NCBI GenBank assembly: GCA_035292445.1
Contig: DATDQB010000013.1
Coordinates: forward strand, 7,884 to 71,883
Direction of reading: 5' to 3'
Length of the DNA stretch: 64,000 nucleotides
From: Candidatus Omnitrophota bacterium
GTDB taxonomy: Bacteria; Omnitrophota; Gorgyraeia; Zapsychrales; Zapsychraceae
Positions 1 through 8,225 of the stretch are shown piece after piece (positions within the stretch are counted from its first letter, which is position 1; each line of letters begins with the position of its first letter). Made by a program: the position numbers and the translations under genes. Under the pieces are notes generated by a model. The model searched no databases. It had not been told where the DNA came from and worked only from the letters and a program-made list of their open reading frames with translations.

Positions 1-588
1 TTGTTTGTTTTCCTTGTTTAACGTTAACAATAAATTTATGATCTCTTCCCCTGTTTGCGAATCAAGATTGCCTGTCGGCTCATCGCAAAGAAGGATCTTC
101 GGCTTGTTGATAAGCGCCCGGGCAATGGCCACCCTTTGCTGCTCGCCGCCGGAGAGCTCGTTGGGCTTATGATGGACCCTTTCTTTAAGGCCGACCTTCG
201 CCAACAAATCCGTCCCGCGCTCTTTAAAGCGCTTGATGTCCTGGGCGTCCTCTTTGACCAATAAAGGCAAGCAGACGTTCTCTAACGCGCTGAATTCCGG
301 CAACAGATGATAGAACTGAAAAATAAAACCGACCTTTTCGTTTCGGATGTGCGCGCGCCTTCGGTCATTGACCTGATAAAGATCATCGCCGTCCAGACGG
401 ATGCGGCCTTCATTGGGGGAATCAAGCCCCCCTAAAATATGTAAAAGCGTCGATTTACCGGCGCCCGAGGGGCCGGCGATCGCCAAAACCTCTCCTTCGC
501 CGATATTCAGATCGATGCCCTTAAGGACCTCAAGCCGCCGGGCACTTTGCTCATAAAACCTTTTGATGTTCGACGCTTCTAGGATCAC
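1..588 (-). CDS. lolD: Lipoprotein-releasing ABC transporter ATP-binding protein LolD. The 3' end runs off the window start. Start is GTG at 588, right after the lolC stop.
   Basis: Minus-strand translation from 588 gives [54 protein letters not shown]...[15 protein letters not shown]...[11 protein letters not shown]. It has Walker A, the ABC signature and Walker B, and shows LolD-type N-terminal similarity. Confidence 0.8.
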   Translation of the reverse strand, partial: MILEASNIKRFYEQSARRLEVLKGIDLNIGEGEVLAIAGPSGAGKSTLLHILGGLDSPNEGRIRLDGDDLYQVNDRRRAHIRNEKVGFIFQFYHLLPEFSALENVCLPLLVKEDAQDIKRFKERGTDLLAKVGLKERVHHKPNELSGGEQQRVAIARALINKPKILLCDEPTGNLDSQTGEEIINLLLTLNKENKQ

Positions 589-591
589 GCT

Positions 592-1785
592 TTACTCGTA
601 CCTTAAGGCTTCGACCGGCTGCAGGTTTGCCGCTTTGGAAGCCGGATAAATGGTTGCAAAATAAGTGATCAAAAGAGCGGCAACGACGATGATCAGCATA
701 TCCGACAACTGCAAATCCACCGGGACCCGATCGATCGAATAGATCTCTTGCGGCACTTTGATGTAGGTCCTTAAGATGTAGCATAACCCGACACCGCTCA
801 CCGTCCCCCAAAAAGTCCCCAATAATCCGATCAGCATGCCTTGCTTGGTAAAAATGCTTTTGATGGAGCGTTTCGTCACGCCGATCGACTGCAGGATGCC
901 GATATCATGGATCTTGCTCGTGACGGTGACGATCAAAGTACTGATGATGTTAAAAGAAGCCACCAGCACCATGAGCGTCAGGATGATGAACAATCCCCAT
1001 TTTTCAAGGAACAGCGCGTCAAAAAGGCTGCGGTTGATATCGATCCATGTCTTGACCAAAAATCCGTAGCCGATAACCGCATACAATTTATCCTTAACGA
1101 CCGTTGCTTGCTCGGGGTCTTCCAGCTTGACCCCAACACCGGAGGTCATATCGGCTTCAAATCCAAAGATCTGCTTGGCCTCATCCAGATGAACAAGGAT
1201 CAAATTCATGTCAAAATCGACCATGCCCGTCTCAAATATGCCGGAAACGCTCAGCTGGTACCGCCAGCTTTGGCCCGCCAATCCCGAACCGGGGGCAATG
1301 AGAGTGATCTGATCCCCGACGCTAAACCCGTGATACCGGGCTAATTCGCTTCCGATAATGACCGACCCAGGCCTTAGATCCTCAAGCTTGCCTTTTTTTA
1401 AATATTTCCTGATCTGCGTAACACGGTGTTCGCTTTCGGGCTCGATCCCGCGGATGATGAGCCCCTGCGCGCGGCCGGATTTCTCCAGGAAAATGTTGCC
1501 CTGAATATACGCCGAGGACGCTTGCACGCCGGGGACACGTTCGATCTGTTTCTGAACGGCTTTGTAATCCCGGATGCCGACTTCCTTCTCGACCATGATG
1601 TGCGGGGTCGTGCCGATGATCTTCTCGCGCAAATTATTGCCGAATCCGGTCATGACCGCGGTCACCACAATGAGCGCCATGACGCCGATAGCCACCCCGG
1701 CGATCGAGATAATGTTCAAGAATGTCAAAAAGCGGCCCTTACTTGCGATCAGGTAACGATAGCTAATCCAATTTTCAAATTTCAT
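592..1785 (-). CDS. lolC: Lipoprotein-releasing system permease, LolC/LolE (FtsX) family. Start moved to the internal ATG (MKFENWISYRYL).
   Basis: 416-aa ORF with an FtsX-like permease fold and the typical LolC/E N-terminus MKFE..RYL. It lies next to lolD. Confidence 0.85.
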   Translation of the reverse strand: MKFENWISYRYLIASKGRFLTFLNIISIAGVAIGVMALIVVTAVMTGFGNNLREKIIGTTPHIMVEKEVGIRDYKAVQKQIERVPGVQASSAYIQGNIFLEKSGRAQGLIIRGIEPESEHRVTQIRKYLKKGKLEDLRPGSVIIGSELARYHGFSVGDQITLIAPGSGLAGQSWRYQLSVSGIFETGMVDFDMNLILVHLDEAKQIFGFEADMTSGVGVKLEDPEQATVVKDKLYAVIGYGFLVKTWIDINRSLFDALFLEKWGLFIILTLMVLVASFNIISTLIVTVTSKIHDIGILQSIGVTKRSIKSIFTKQGMLIGLLGTFWGTVSGVGLCYILRTYIKVPQEIYSIDRVPVDLQLSDMLIIVVAALLITYFATIYPASKAANLQPVEALRYE

Positions 1786-1887
1786 CTCGAGTTCCCGATA
1801 ACTCCGACGCTCACTTCGTTCGGTCGGAGCCCCGACCGACATGCAATGGCGCGTCGGGGCTTATCCAATTTTCAAATTTCATTTTGG
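1786..1887 (-). promoter_or_regulatory. Structured lysS-lolC intergenic element. It holds a 20-nt direct repeat of the lolC start region and overlapping, mutually exclusive GC-rich hairpins.
   Basis: atccaattttcaaatttcat occurs at about 1766-1785 and again at about 1863-1882. Hairpin tcggtcgg/ccgaccga (about 1820-1839) overlaps hairpin gccccgac/gtcggggc (about 1829-1860). Confidence 0.4.
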
Positions 1888-3330
1888 CTACCGCGGCTTC
1901 AATAATGGAAACAAGATCACATCACGAATGGACGCCGAATCCGTTAAAAGCATGACCAAACGATCGATCCCGATGCCTAATCCTCCCGCCGGCGGCATCC
2001 CGTATTCAAGCGCATGCAAAAAATCCTCATCAACGCCGCGGTTGCCTGTTTCAGTGTCATCTTTCAAGTCGGTCAACAACCTCGCGCGCTGTTCGAGCGG
2101 GTCGTTAAGTTCGGAATAAGCGTTGCCGATCTCCAGTCCCCCGATGAAAACTTCAAAGCGTTGGGAAATGGCCGGGTTATCAGGGAGCGTCTTGGCCAAT
2201 GGGCTTAGGAACGTGAAATATTCCGTGAAAAAAAGCGGATCAATGATCTTTTCTTCCTCCAGCATTTCTTCCACGATCTTCATAACACCTGAGCGGGTTA
2301 ATTTACCCAGCTTTATGCCGCCTTTCTTCTTTTTCTGGACCTTCGCCATCATGGTCTTGGCGTCATCTTCAGGGTCGATATCAAACATATCTTTGATCGT
2401 CTTGGCGAACGAACGGCGTTCCCACGGTGGGGTGAAATCGATCTGCTTCCCCTGATAAATGAGATGATAAGAACCGTGGACCTCCTTAACGAGGCTGCTG
2501 ACCATATCTTCAGTCAAGCGCATCATGTCCTCGAAATCGGCATACGCTTCATAAACCTCCAGCATCGTGAATTCCGGGTTATGGCGCGTGGAGACGCCTT
2601 CGTTCCTGAAATTACGGTTCATTTCGTAAACCTTCTCATAACCGCCGACCAGCAATCTCTTTAAATATAATTCAGGGGCGATACGCAGGAAAACCTCCAT
2701 GTCATACGCTTGATGGACGCTTTTAAAGGGCCGCCCGCGCGCGCCTCCCGCCATCGGCTGGAGTATCGGCGTTTCAACCTCCAGGAACCCTTTTTGATCT
2801 AAGAATGAACGAATAAAAGAGTTGATCTTGGAACGTTTGATAAACAACTCCCGCACGGGTTTATTGGCAATAAGATCGATATACCGCTGGCGGTAACGCG
2901 TTTCGACATCTTTAAGCCCGTGCCATTTTTCGGGCAAGCTCATCAACGACTTTGAAAGCATGGTCAGCTCGCTCACGCGAACGCTTTTCTCCCCCATTTT
3001 GGTGACAAAAAGCGCGCCCTTGACCCCAATGATATCGCCGATGTCCAGCACTTTGATCAGCTCAAGGCCATTGACGAGCAGCTCTTCGACCTTTATAAAA
3101 AGTTGGATCCTGTCCGTTTGATCCTCAAGGTCGGCAAAAAGGACTTTCCCATGGCTTCGGGTAGCCATCAACCGCCCGGCAAGAACGACTTGCTTTTCTT
3201 CTTGGAAATTTTCCAGAATGGCGTGGATGCTTTCAGTGCGCTCGAACTTAAACCCGTAGGGAGGGATATTATGGTCTTTCAGCAGCTTAAGCTTACTTAA
3301 CCTAACCTTTTTAATTTCATCAAGTTCCAT
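1888..3330 (-). CDS. lysS: Lysyl-tRNA synthetase, class II
   Basis: 480 aa. N-terminal OB anticodon-binding region plus class II core motifs, with full-length LysS similarity. Confidence 0.95.
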   Translation of the reverse strand: MELDEIKKVRLSKLKLLKDHNIPPYGFKFERTESIHAILENFQEEKQVVLAGRLMATRSHGKVLFADLEDQTDRIQLFIKVEELLVNGLELIKVLDIGDIIGVKGALFVTKMGEKSVRVSELTMLSKSLMSLPEKWHGLKDVETRYRQRYIDLIANKPVRELFIKRSKINSFIRSFLDQKGFLEVETPILQPMAGGARGRPFKSVHQAYDMEVFLRIAPELYLKRLLVGGYEKVYEMNRNFRNEGVSTRHNPEFTMLEVYEAYADFEDMMRLTEDMVSSLVKEVHGSYHLIYQGKQIDFTPPWERRSFAKTIKDMFDIDPEDDAKTMMAKVQKKKKGGIKLGKLTRSGVMKIVEEMLEEEKIIDPLFFTEYFTFLSPLAKTLPDNPAISQRFEVFIGGLEIGNAYSELNDPLEQRARLLTDLKDDTETGNRGVDEDFLHALEYGMPPAGGLGIGIDRLVMLLTDSASIRDVILFPLLKPR

Positions 3331-3376
3331 TAAATATATTAAAAATTATATAATATTAGTATTAATTAACTGATTA

Positions 3377-3405
3377 ATTATATAGAAAAATATTAATTGT
3401 GTCAA
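3377..3405 (-). promoter_or_regulatory. Sigma70-type promoter for lysS with consensus hexamers
   Basis: The minus strand reads TTGACA, a 17-nt spacer, then TATAAT. It sits about 45 nt upstream of the lysS ATG inside a very AT-rich gap. Confidence 0.55.
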
Positions 3406-3459
3406 TTAAAAGAGGCAAGCTTTTGGGGCGGGGAAATAGGCTGCTCTCAAAGAAAGTTT

Positions 3460-4269
3460 TTAAGCCGCTACGATACAAATACCGGCCTTATCGGCAAGCT
3501 TGATCGTATTGGAACGGTCAATGATCAGGGTTTTGCCTGTTTCGATAGCCAAGCATTTGGCCTTGGCTTTGATCATGTGCGCAATGGTCTTTGGGCCGAT
3601 AACCGGGACATCAAAACGAAGGTCTTGGTTAGGCTTGCTCATTTTGGCCACCACCGCTCCTTCGCGGGCGATCTTTCCTCCCCGCAGAATGGTCCGGTCC
3701 GTCCCTTCCATGGCTTCGATGGCGACAACCGCTTTATCTTTGACCACCACGGTCTGGCCAACGTCAATGCCCCCCATAGTCTTGGCGATCGTCCGGCCGA
3801 ACTCGATATCCTCGAGTTCTTTAAGCGTCGGGGCGCGTTTGGTCAGCGTCCCTTTGGGCGCCAGATAATCCTGGACAAGGAAGGTCGAGTCGATAAGCTC
3901 CAGCCCTTCTTTCCTCAATCTATCGGCCACGGCGGAAAAGATCGTGTCCGCCTTGCGGTCTTTCAAGGCCTCGAAAACGCGCTTGAATTCCTCATCCAGC
4001 TGCAGGGTGGGATCGAATAAATTGTCGGGGTTCACCTGGCCGGCCATGATGACCTTCTTGACACCGGCCTGCTTTAAATACGAAAAAAGCTTCTTTAGCT
4101 CGCCCACTTTGAAAATCCTGAACTTATCGACGAAAAACCGTAACAGGAAGGATGTGTCCCCCCGGACGCCGGCGGCGACGACGTTAATATCTTTGGCCCT
4201 GGCCTCCCGGGCAAAAGCGATCGGGAATTTGCCGTTACCTGCGATCAGTCCTAAAAGTTCTCGTGGCAT
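3460..4269 (-). CDS. lpxI: UDP-2,3-diacylglucosamine hydrolase LpxI (DUF1009 family). Start moved to MPRELLGLIAGNG.
   Basis: LpxI-like N-terminus LGLIAGxGxFP and full-length similarity to the LpxI family. It sits in a lipid A gene cluster. Confidence 0.8.
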   Translation of the reverse strand: MPRELLGLIAGNGKFPIAFAREARAKDINVVAAGVRGDTSFLLRFFVDKFRIFKVGELKKLFSYLKQAGVKKVIMAGQVNPDNLFDPTLQLDEEFKRVFEALKDRKADTIFSAVADRLRKEGLELIDSTFLVQDYLAPKGTLTKRAPTLKELEDIEFGRTIAKTMGGIDVGQTVVVKDKAVVAIEAMEGTDRTILRGGKIAREGAVVAKMSKPNQDLRFDVPVIGPKTIAHMIKAKAKCLAIETGKTLIIDRSNTIKLADKAGICIVAA

Positions 4270-4309
4270 GGGTATAAAAAGATTTTGTCTTTTGGGTGAG
4301 CAAAACCGG

Positions 4310-5095
4310 TTAGCTGCACAAGCCGCGCTTGGTCGTTTTGGCAAAGAAAATCAGATGCTCGATCTCGGAGCATGTTTCGATTTCCTTCTCGATGAGCTCA
4401 AGGGCATGCGTTCTGGAATGGCCGGACCAAAAAAGTATCTTAAACGCCCGTTTGACGCGCAGGGTTATTTCCGTTGAGATCTGAGAACGCCTTAAACCAA
4501 CAGAATTAATATTGACGACCTGCGCCGGATGCCCGTCGCACATGGAAAACGGCGGCACGTCCTGGACGACTTTTGAACAGCCCCCCACGATACACAGCCG
4601 CCCCAAACGAACATACTGATGGATCGCGCTTAAGCCGCCGATCATGGCGTTGTCTTCCAAAATCACATGGCCGCCTAACGTGGCGGCATTCGCCATGACA
4701 CATTTATTGCCAATAACGCAATCATGGGCAATATGAGAATAGGCCATGATCAAGTTGTCATTGCCCAAGACCGTCTTACCGCCACCTTCCGCCGTCCCGG
4801 GGTTGATCGTGACATATTCACGGATCACATTATTCTCCCCGATGTTAAGAAAAACGTTGTCGTCGGCATTAAACTTTTTATCCTGGGGAGCGCTGCCGAT
4901 CACCGCGCCGGTATAAACCTTGCTGTTTCGCCCGATGGTGGTCTGACCCGTAATAACGCAATGGCTTCCAATCCTGACATTATCTCCCAAGGTCACGCCT
5001 TCCTCAATGACCGAATACGGCCCGACCGAAACGCCGGGAGACAACTGAACGCCGGAGTGGATAACCGCTGTTTTGTGAATTTTGACGTTTTCCAT
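4310..5095 (-). CDS. lpxA: UDP-N-acetylglucosamine O-acyltransferase LpxA
   Basis: Hexapeptide-repeat left-handed beta-helix with an LpxA C-terminal helical domain, 261 aa. Confidence 0.9.
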   Translation of the reverse strand: MENVKIHKTAVIHSGVQLSPGVSVGPYSVIEEGVTLGDNVRIGSHCVITGQTTIGRNSKVYTGAVIGSAPQDKKFNADDNVFLNIGENNVIREYVTINPGTAEGGGKTVLGNDNLIMAYSHIAHDCVIGNKCVMANAATLGGHVILEDNAMIGGLSAIHQYVRLGRLCIVGGCSKVVQDVPPFSMCDGHPAQVVNINSVGLRRSQISTEITLRVKRAFKILFWSGHSRTHALELIEKEIETCSEIEHLIFFAKTTKRGLCS

Positions 5096-5193
5096 GATTA
5101 CTTCTTCTATATTTAGCTATTTCAATAAGTTATAAATTTATTTATTTTATCCTAACCCTTAAACGGTATAAAATCAATACAAACATTGAGAAT

Positions 5194-6522
5194 TTAATCC
5201 AAATACGACGAATCCGTAAAGGAAAAAACCATGTCTGCTTCAGCCACGACCTCATCCCCCACTTTGGAAACCGCATGAATTTGGGCTATTTTCGCCTTGT
5301 CTTTAACGACTTCAACTTCCATCATCAGCTGATCGCCCGGCACAACCACTTTGCGGAACTTGACGTTATCCACCGCCATAAAAAAGGCGACTTTCCCATA
5401 ATGAACCTCATTCGTCAAAACCACCACCCCTGCCGTCTGGGCCATCGCTTCAATCATCATCACCCCCGGCATAACGGGCCTGGTGGGAAAATGCCCCTGA
5501 AAAAAACTGTCATTGATGGTGACATTTTTAACTCCGATGGCGCGCTTGCCCCGCTCGATCTCAATCACCCTGTCCACTAACAAAAACGGATAACGGTGCG
5601 GCAGAATTTTCATGATATCGTCAATATCATATTCTTTTTTTCCCTTCACGTTATACCCGGGCACAATCCCTTTGTGTTCATACCACTTTTTTTGCTCAAC
5701 AACCCTCTTTAATAACTGAATGTTAAGGTAATGGCCGCTGCGCACCGCAAAGACAGAGCCCACGATCGGTATCCCCAGCAGATACAAATCACCTATAAAA
5801 TCCAACACTTTATGCCGGGCAAATTCATTATCGAACCGCAGTTTGTTGTCGATGACCCCTTTATCTCCGACGACAAGAGTATTCTTGAACGTCGCGCCCC
5901 TGCCCAGATTTTGTTTCTTCAATTCTTGGGCTTCTTTCTCAAGACAAAACGTCCGGCAAGGAGCAATCTCTTTCTCAAAAATGGCCTCATTAATGACGGA
6001 AGAAAAAACCTGTGACCTTAGAAAGGGGTGATTGTAATCCAACGTGTAAGTAACTTCAAAATGCTCAGAAGGAAAAATATAAAGAGAAGCTCCATTTTGG
6101 CGTACGCCAACGGGTTCTTTAACCGTAAAGATTTCCCTTTCCTCTTCTTGAGCAAGAAGACCGGCTTCTTTAAAGGCTTTCAGAAAATCCGCCCCGCTTC
6201 CATCCAAACCCGGAACTTCCCGTTTGTCAATTTCAATAATAATATTATCAATTCCCAAACCAGCCAAGACGCTCATCAAATGTTCGACGGTATGAATGGA
6301 GGCTTTCGCATCTCCAATGGAAGTGCAACGAGGAGGCCCGCCTTGATAAACAATGCTATCCGCCTCGGCTTTAATCACCGGATGCCCGGGGAGATCAACG
6401 CGGATAAATTTTATCCCCTCATGAATACCGCCGGGCTTGAAGGTGAGCGTTGCTTTCTCGCCCGTATGTAAACCGACGCCGGATAGGGAAAACTCTTTTT
6501 TAATGGTTCTTTTTTTTGCCAT
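5194..6522 (-). CDS. lpxC-fabZ: Bifunctional LpxC (UDP-3-O-acyl-GlcNAc deacetylase) fused to FabZ (3-hydroxyacyl-ACP dehydratase)
   Basis: The N-terminal roughly 280 aa are LpxC-like (HKxxEFxxH.D region). The C-terminal roughly 150 aa are FabZ hotdog-like (HFP..PVMPGV). It is one uninterrupted 442-aa ORF. Confidence 0.9.
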   Translation of the reverse strand: MAKKRTIKKEFSLSGVGLHTGEKATLTFKPGGIHEGIKFIRVDLPGHPVIKAEADSIVYQGGPPRCTSIGDAKASIHTVEHLMSVLAGLGIDNIIIEIDKREVPGLDGSGADFLKAFKEAGLLAQEEEREIFTVKEPVGVRQNGASLYIFPSEHFEVTYTLDYNHPFLRSQVFSSVINEAIFEKEIAPCRTFCLEKEAQELKKQNLGRGATFKNTLVVGDKGVIDNKLRFDNEFARHKVLDFIGDLYLLGIPIVGSVFAVRSGHYLNIQLLKRVVEQKKWYEHKGIVPGYNVKGKKEYDIDDIMKILPHRYPFLLVDRVIEIERGKRAIGVKNVTINDSFFQGHFPTRPVMPGVMMIEAMAQTAGVVVLTNEVHYGKVAFFMAVDNVKFRKVVVPGDQLMMEVEVVKDKAKIAQIHAVSKVGDEVVAEADMVFSFTDSSYLD

Positions 6523-7561
6523 GTTTTAATTTCTTTTCTAATTCTTCGACCTTTCTCGTCAACTCCTGGATCTTCTTCACATAAACCGGCAGCCGTTTTA
6601 ACCCGGCTTGCACCCTCAGCTCTTCCTCGATCGGGCGGGCCGGGAATCCGGAAACTTTTGTATGCGCCGGGATGGACTTCATCACTCCGGATTTGGCGCC
6701 GACAATAACCCCTTCTCCGATGGTTAAATGCCCGGAAACGCCGGACTGACCGGCAAGGATCACGCCTTTTTTGATCTCAACACTTCCGGCAATGCCGACC
6801 AACGCCACAATGATACAATTCTCCCCGATGATCACATTATGGCCGATCTGTACCAGATTGTCGATCTTGGTCCCTTTGCCGATAAACGTCTTATCAAATC
6901 GGGCCCGGTCGATCGTGACATTGGCCCCGATCTCCACATCATCTTCGATGATAACGGTCCCGATCTGGGGGATCTTCGTATGAACACCATCTACGGCTTC
7001 AAAACCGAACCCATCTGAACCGATAACCGTCCCGCTATGAATAATCACGCGGTTGCCGATTATGATCCGCTCGCGAATCGTTACGTTGGGATAAATGTGG
7101 CAACCGTTTCCGATCTTTGTTTCATGCCCGATAAAGCAACCGGCTTGGATAACAGTGTTATCGCCAATTGATACTTTTGCCTCGATCACCACATGAGCGC
7201 CGACAGCGACGTTCTTACCCAAGCGAACACTTTCGGCAATAATAGCGGTCGGATGGATCCCTTTCGTCAGAAACTGCTGCGGCTTAAGCACGCTCTCAAT
7301 GATTTTAGCAAAAGCTAATGATGGGTTCTCAACAAGGACCAACGACTTGCCCGGCAATTGTAAGTTAGTGGAAGCGAGAATGGCCGAGGCCTTGGTCTCT
7401 CTGGCCAACGGTGTGTATTTGGGATTGGCTAGAAAGGTCAGGTCGCCTTCTTTGGCTTCCTTAATGCCGCTTAAGCCCTTGATCGTAAGATTCCTGTTCC
7501 CGACGACCTTTCCCTTCACCAATTCAGCGACTTCGGCTAAGGTTTTATCTAGACGGATCAC
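6500..7561 (-). CDS. lpxD: UDP-3-O-acylglucosamine N-acyltransferase LpxD, with a GTG start
   Basis: 353 aa with hexapeptide repeats and an LpxD N-terminal domain. It overlaps the lpxC-fabZ start by 23 nt. Confidence 0.9.
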   Translation of the reverse strand: MIRLDKTLAEVAELVKGKVVGNRNLTIKGLSGIKEAKEGDLTFLANPKYTPLARETKASAILASTNLQLPGKSLVLVENPSLAFAKIIESVLKPQQFLTKGIHPTAIIAESVRLGKNVAVGAHVVIEAKVSIGDNTVIQAGCFIGHETKIGNGCHIYPNVTIRERIIIGNRVIIHSGTVIGSDGFGFEAVDGVHTKIPQIGTVIIEDDVEIGANVTIDRARFDKTFIGKGTKIDNLVQIGHNVIIGENCIIVALVGIAGSVEIKKGVILAGQSGVSGHLTIGEGVIVGAKSGVMKSIPAHTKVSGFPARPIEEELRVQAGLKRLPVYVKKIQELTRKVEELEKKLKHGKKKNH

Positions 7562-7569
7562 GGGTACTC

Positions 7570-8082
7570 TTACTTTTTGGGTTGATTGGCATTAAGTGTG
7601 GTTAAGATCTCATCCGTCAAATCCTTGACCGGATTACCGTAAATCAACACGCGGTCGTTGAGAATAAGGTCATACCCTTCTTTCTCGGCGTAAGCGCTGA
7701 CTTGCTGCTCAATTTCCAAAAGGATTTCACGGATCTTCTCATTGCGTTCTTTGGTGAGCGTCGTTTTTTGCTGACGGTCATACTCCAGAAGGTCAGCCTT
7801 CATTTTCTCGATTTCCGCCTCTAATTCAGCCTTTTTATCGGCATTAAGAAGAGCCAGTTTCCCTTGGGATTCCTGAATCTTTTCAATCTTAGTGTTACGC
7901 TCTTTTTCAAACTCCTGATGACGACCTTCCAAAACCTTGTCGTAATCGGCCGTTTTATGATGCTCATCAAAAAGACGGCTCAGGTCTATAAAGGCGATCT
8001 TCTCCTGCTTTTGGGCATAAGATGTTGAAACAATTAAGGTAAGAGCAAATCCCACGATAATAAGAATTTTAAAAAAACGCAT
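7570..8082 (-). CDS. skp: Periplasmic chaperone Skp/OmpH
   Basis: 170 aa with a signal peptide, then a charged coiled-coil, matching the OmpH family. It sits between bamA and lpxD as in many diderms. Confidence 0.8.
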   Translation of the reverse strand: MRFFKILIIVGFALTLIVSTSYAQKQEKIAFIDLSRLFDEHHKTADYDKVLEGRHQEFEKERNTKIEKIQESQGKLALLNADKKAELEAEIEKMKADLLEYDRQQKTTLTKERNEKIREILLEIEQQVSAYAEKEGYDLILNDRVLIYGNPVKDLTDEILTTLNANQPKK

Positions 8083-8225
8083 ATTAGCCTCCTTGTAGGT
8101 TAAAAAGTACTAGTTTTTAGTATAAATATATTTCTACATATTATAACCAAGTGGGATTTAAGTCAAATAATAACTTTATTGGGGATCCTTGGGAGAAACT
8201 GCCTATTTATGAGGGGAATTCTCGA

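Noticed and set aside
841-1344. Plus-strand ORFs that lie entirely inside minus-strand genes. Examples are 841..1344, 3397..4020, 9315..9782, 26063..26812, 27331..27930, 30677..31390, 32156..32707 and 43346..44074.
   Set aside because: Each is antisense to a gene with strong family-level similarity. None has a convincing Shine-Dalgarno or a recognisable domain. This is typical shadow-ORF behaviour in a genome at about 50% GC.
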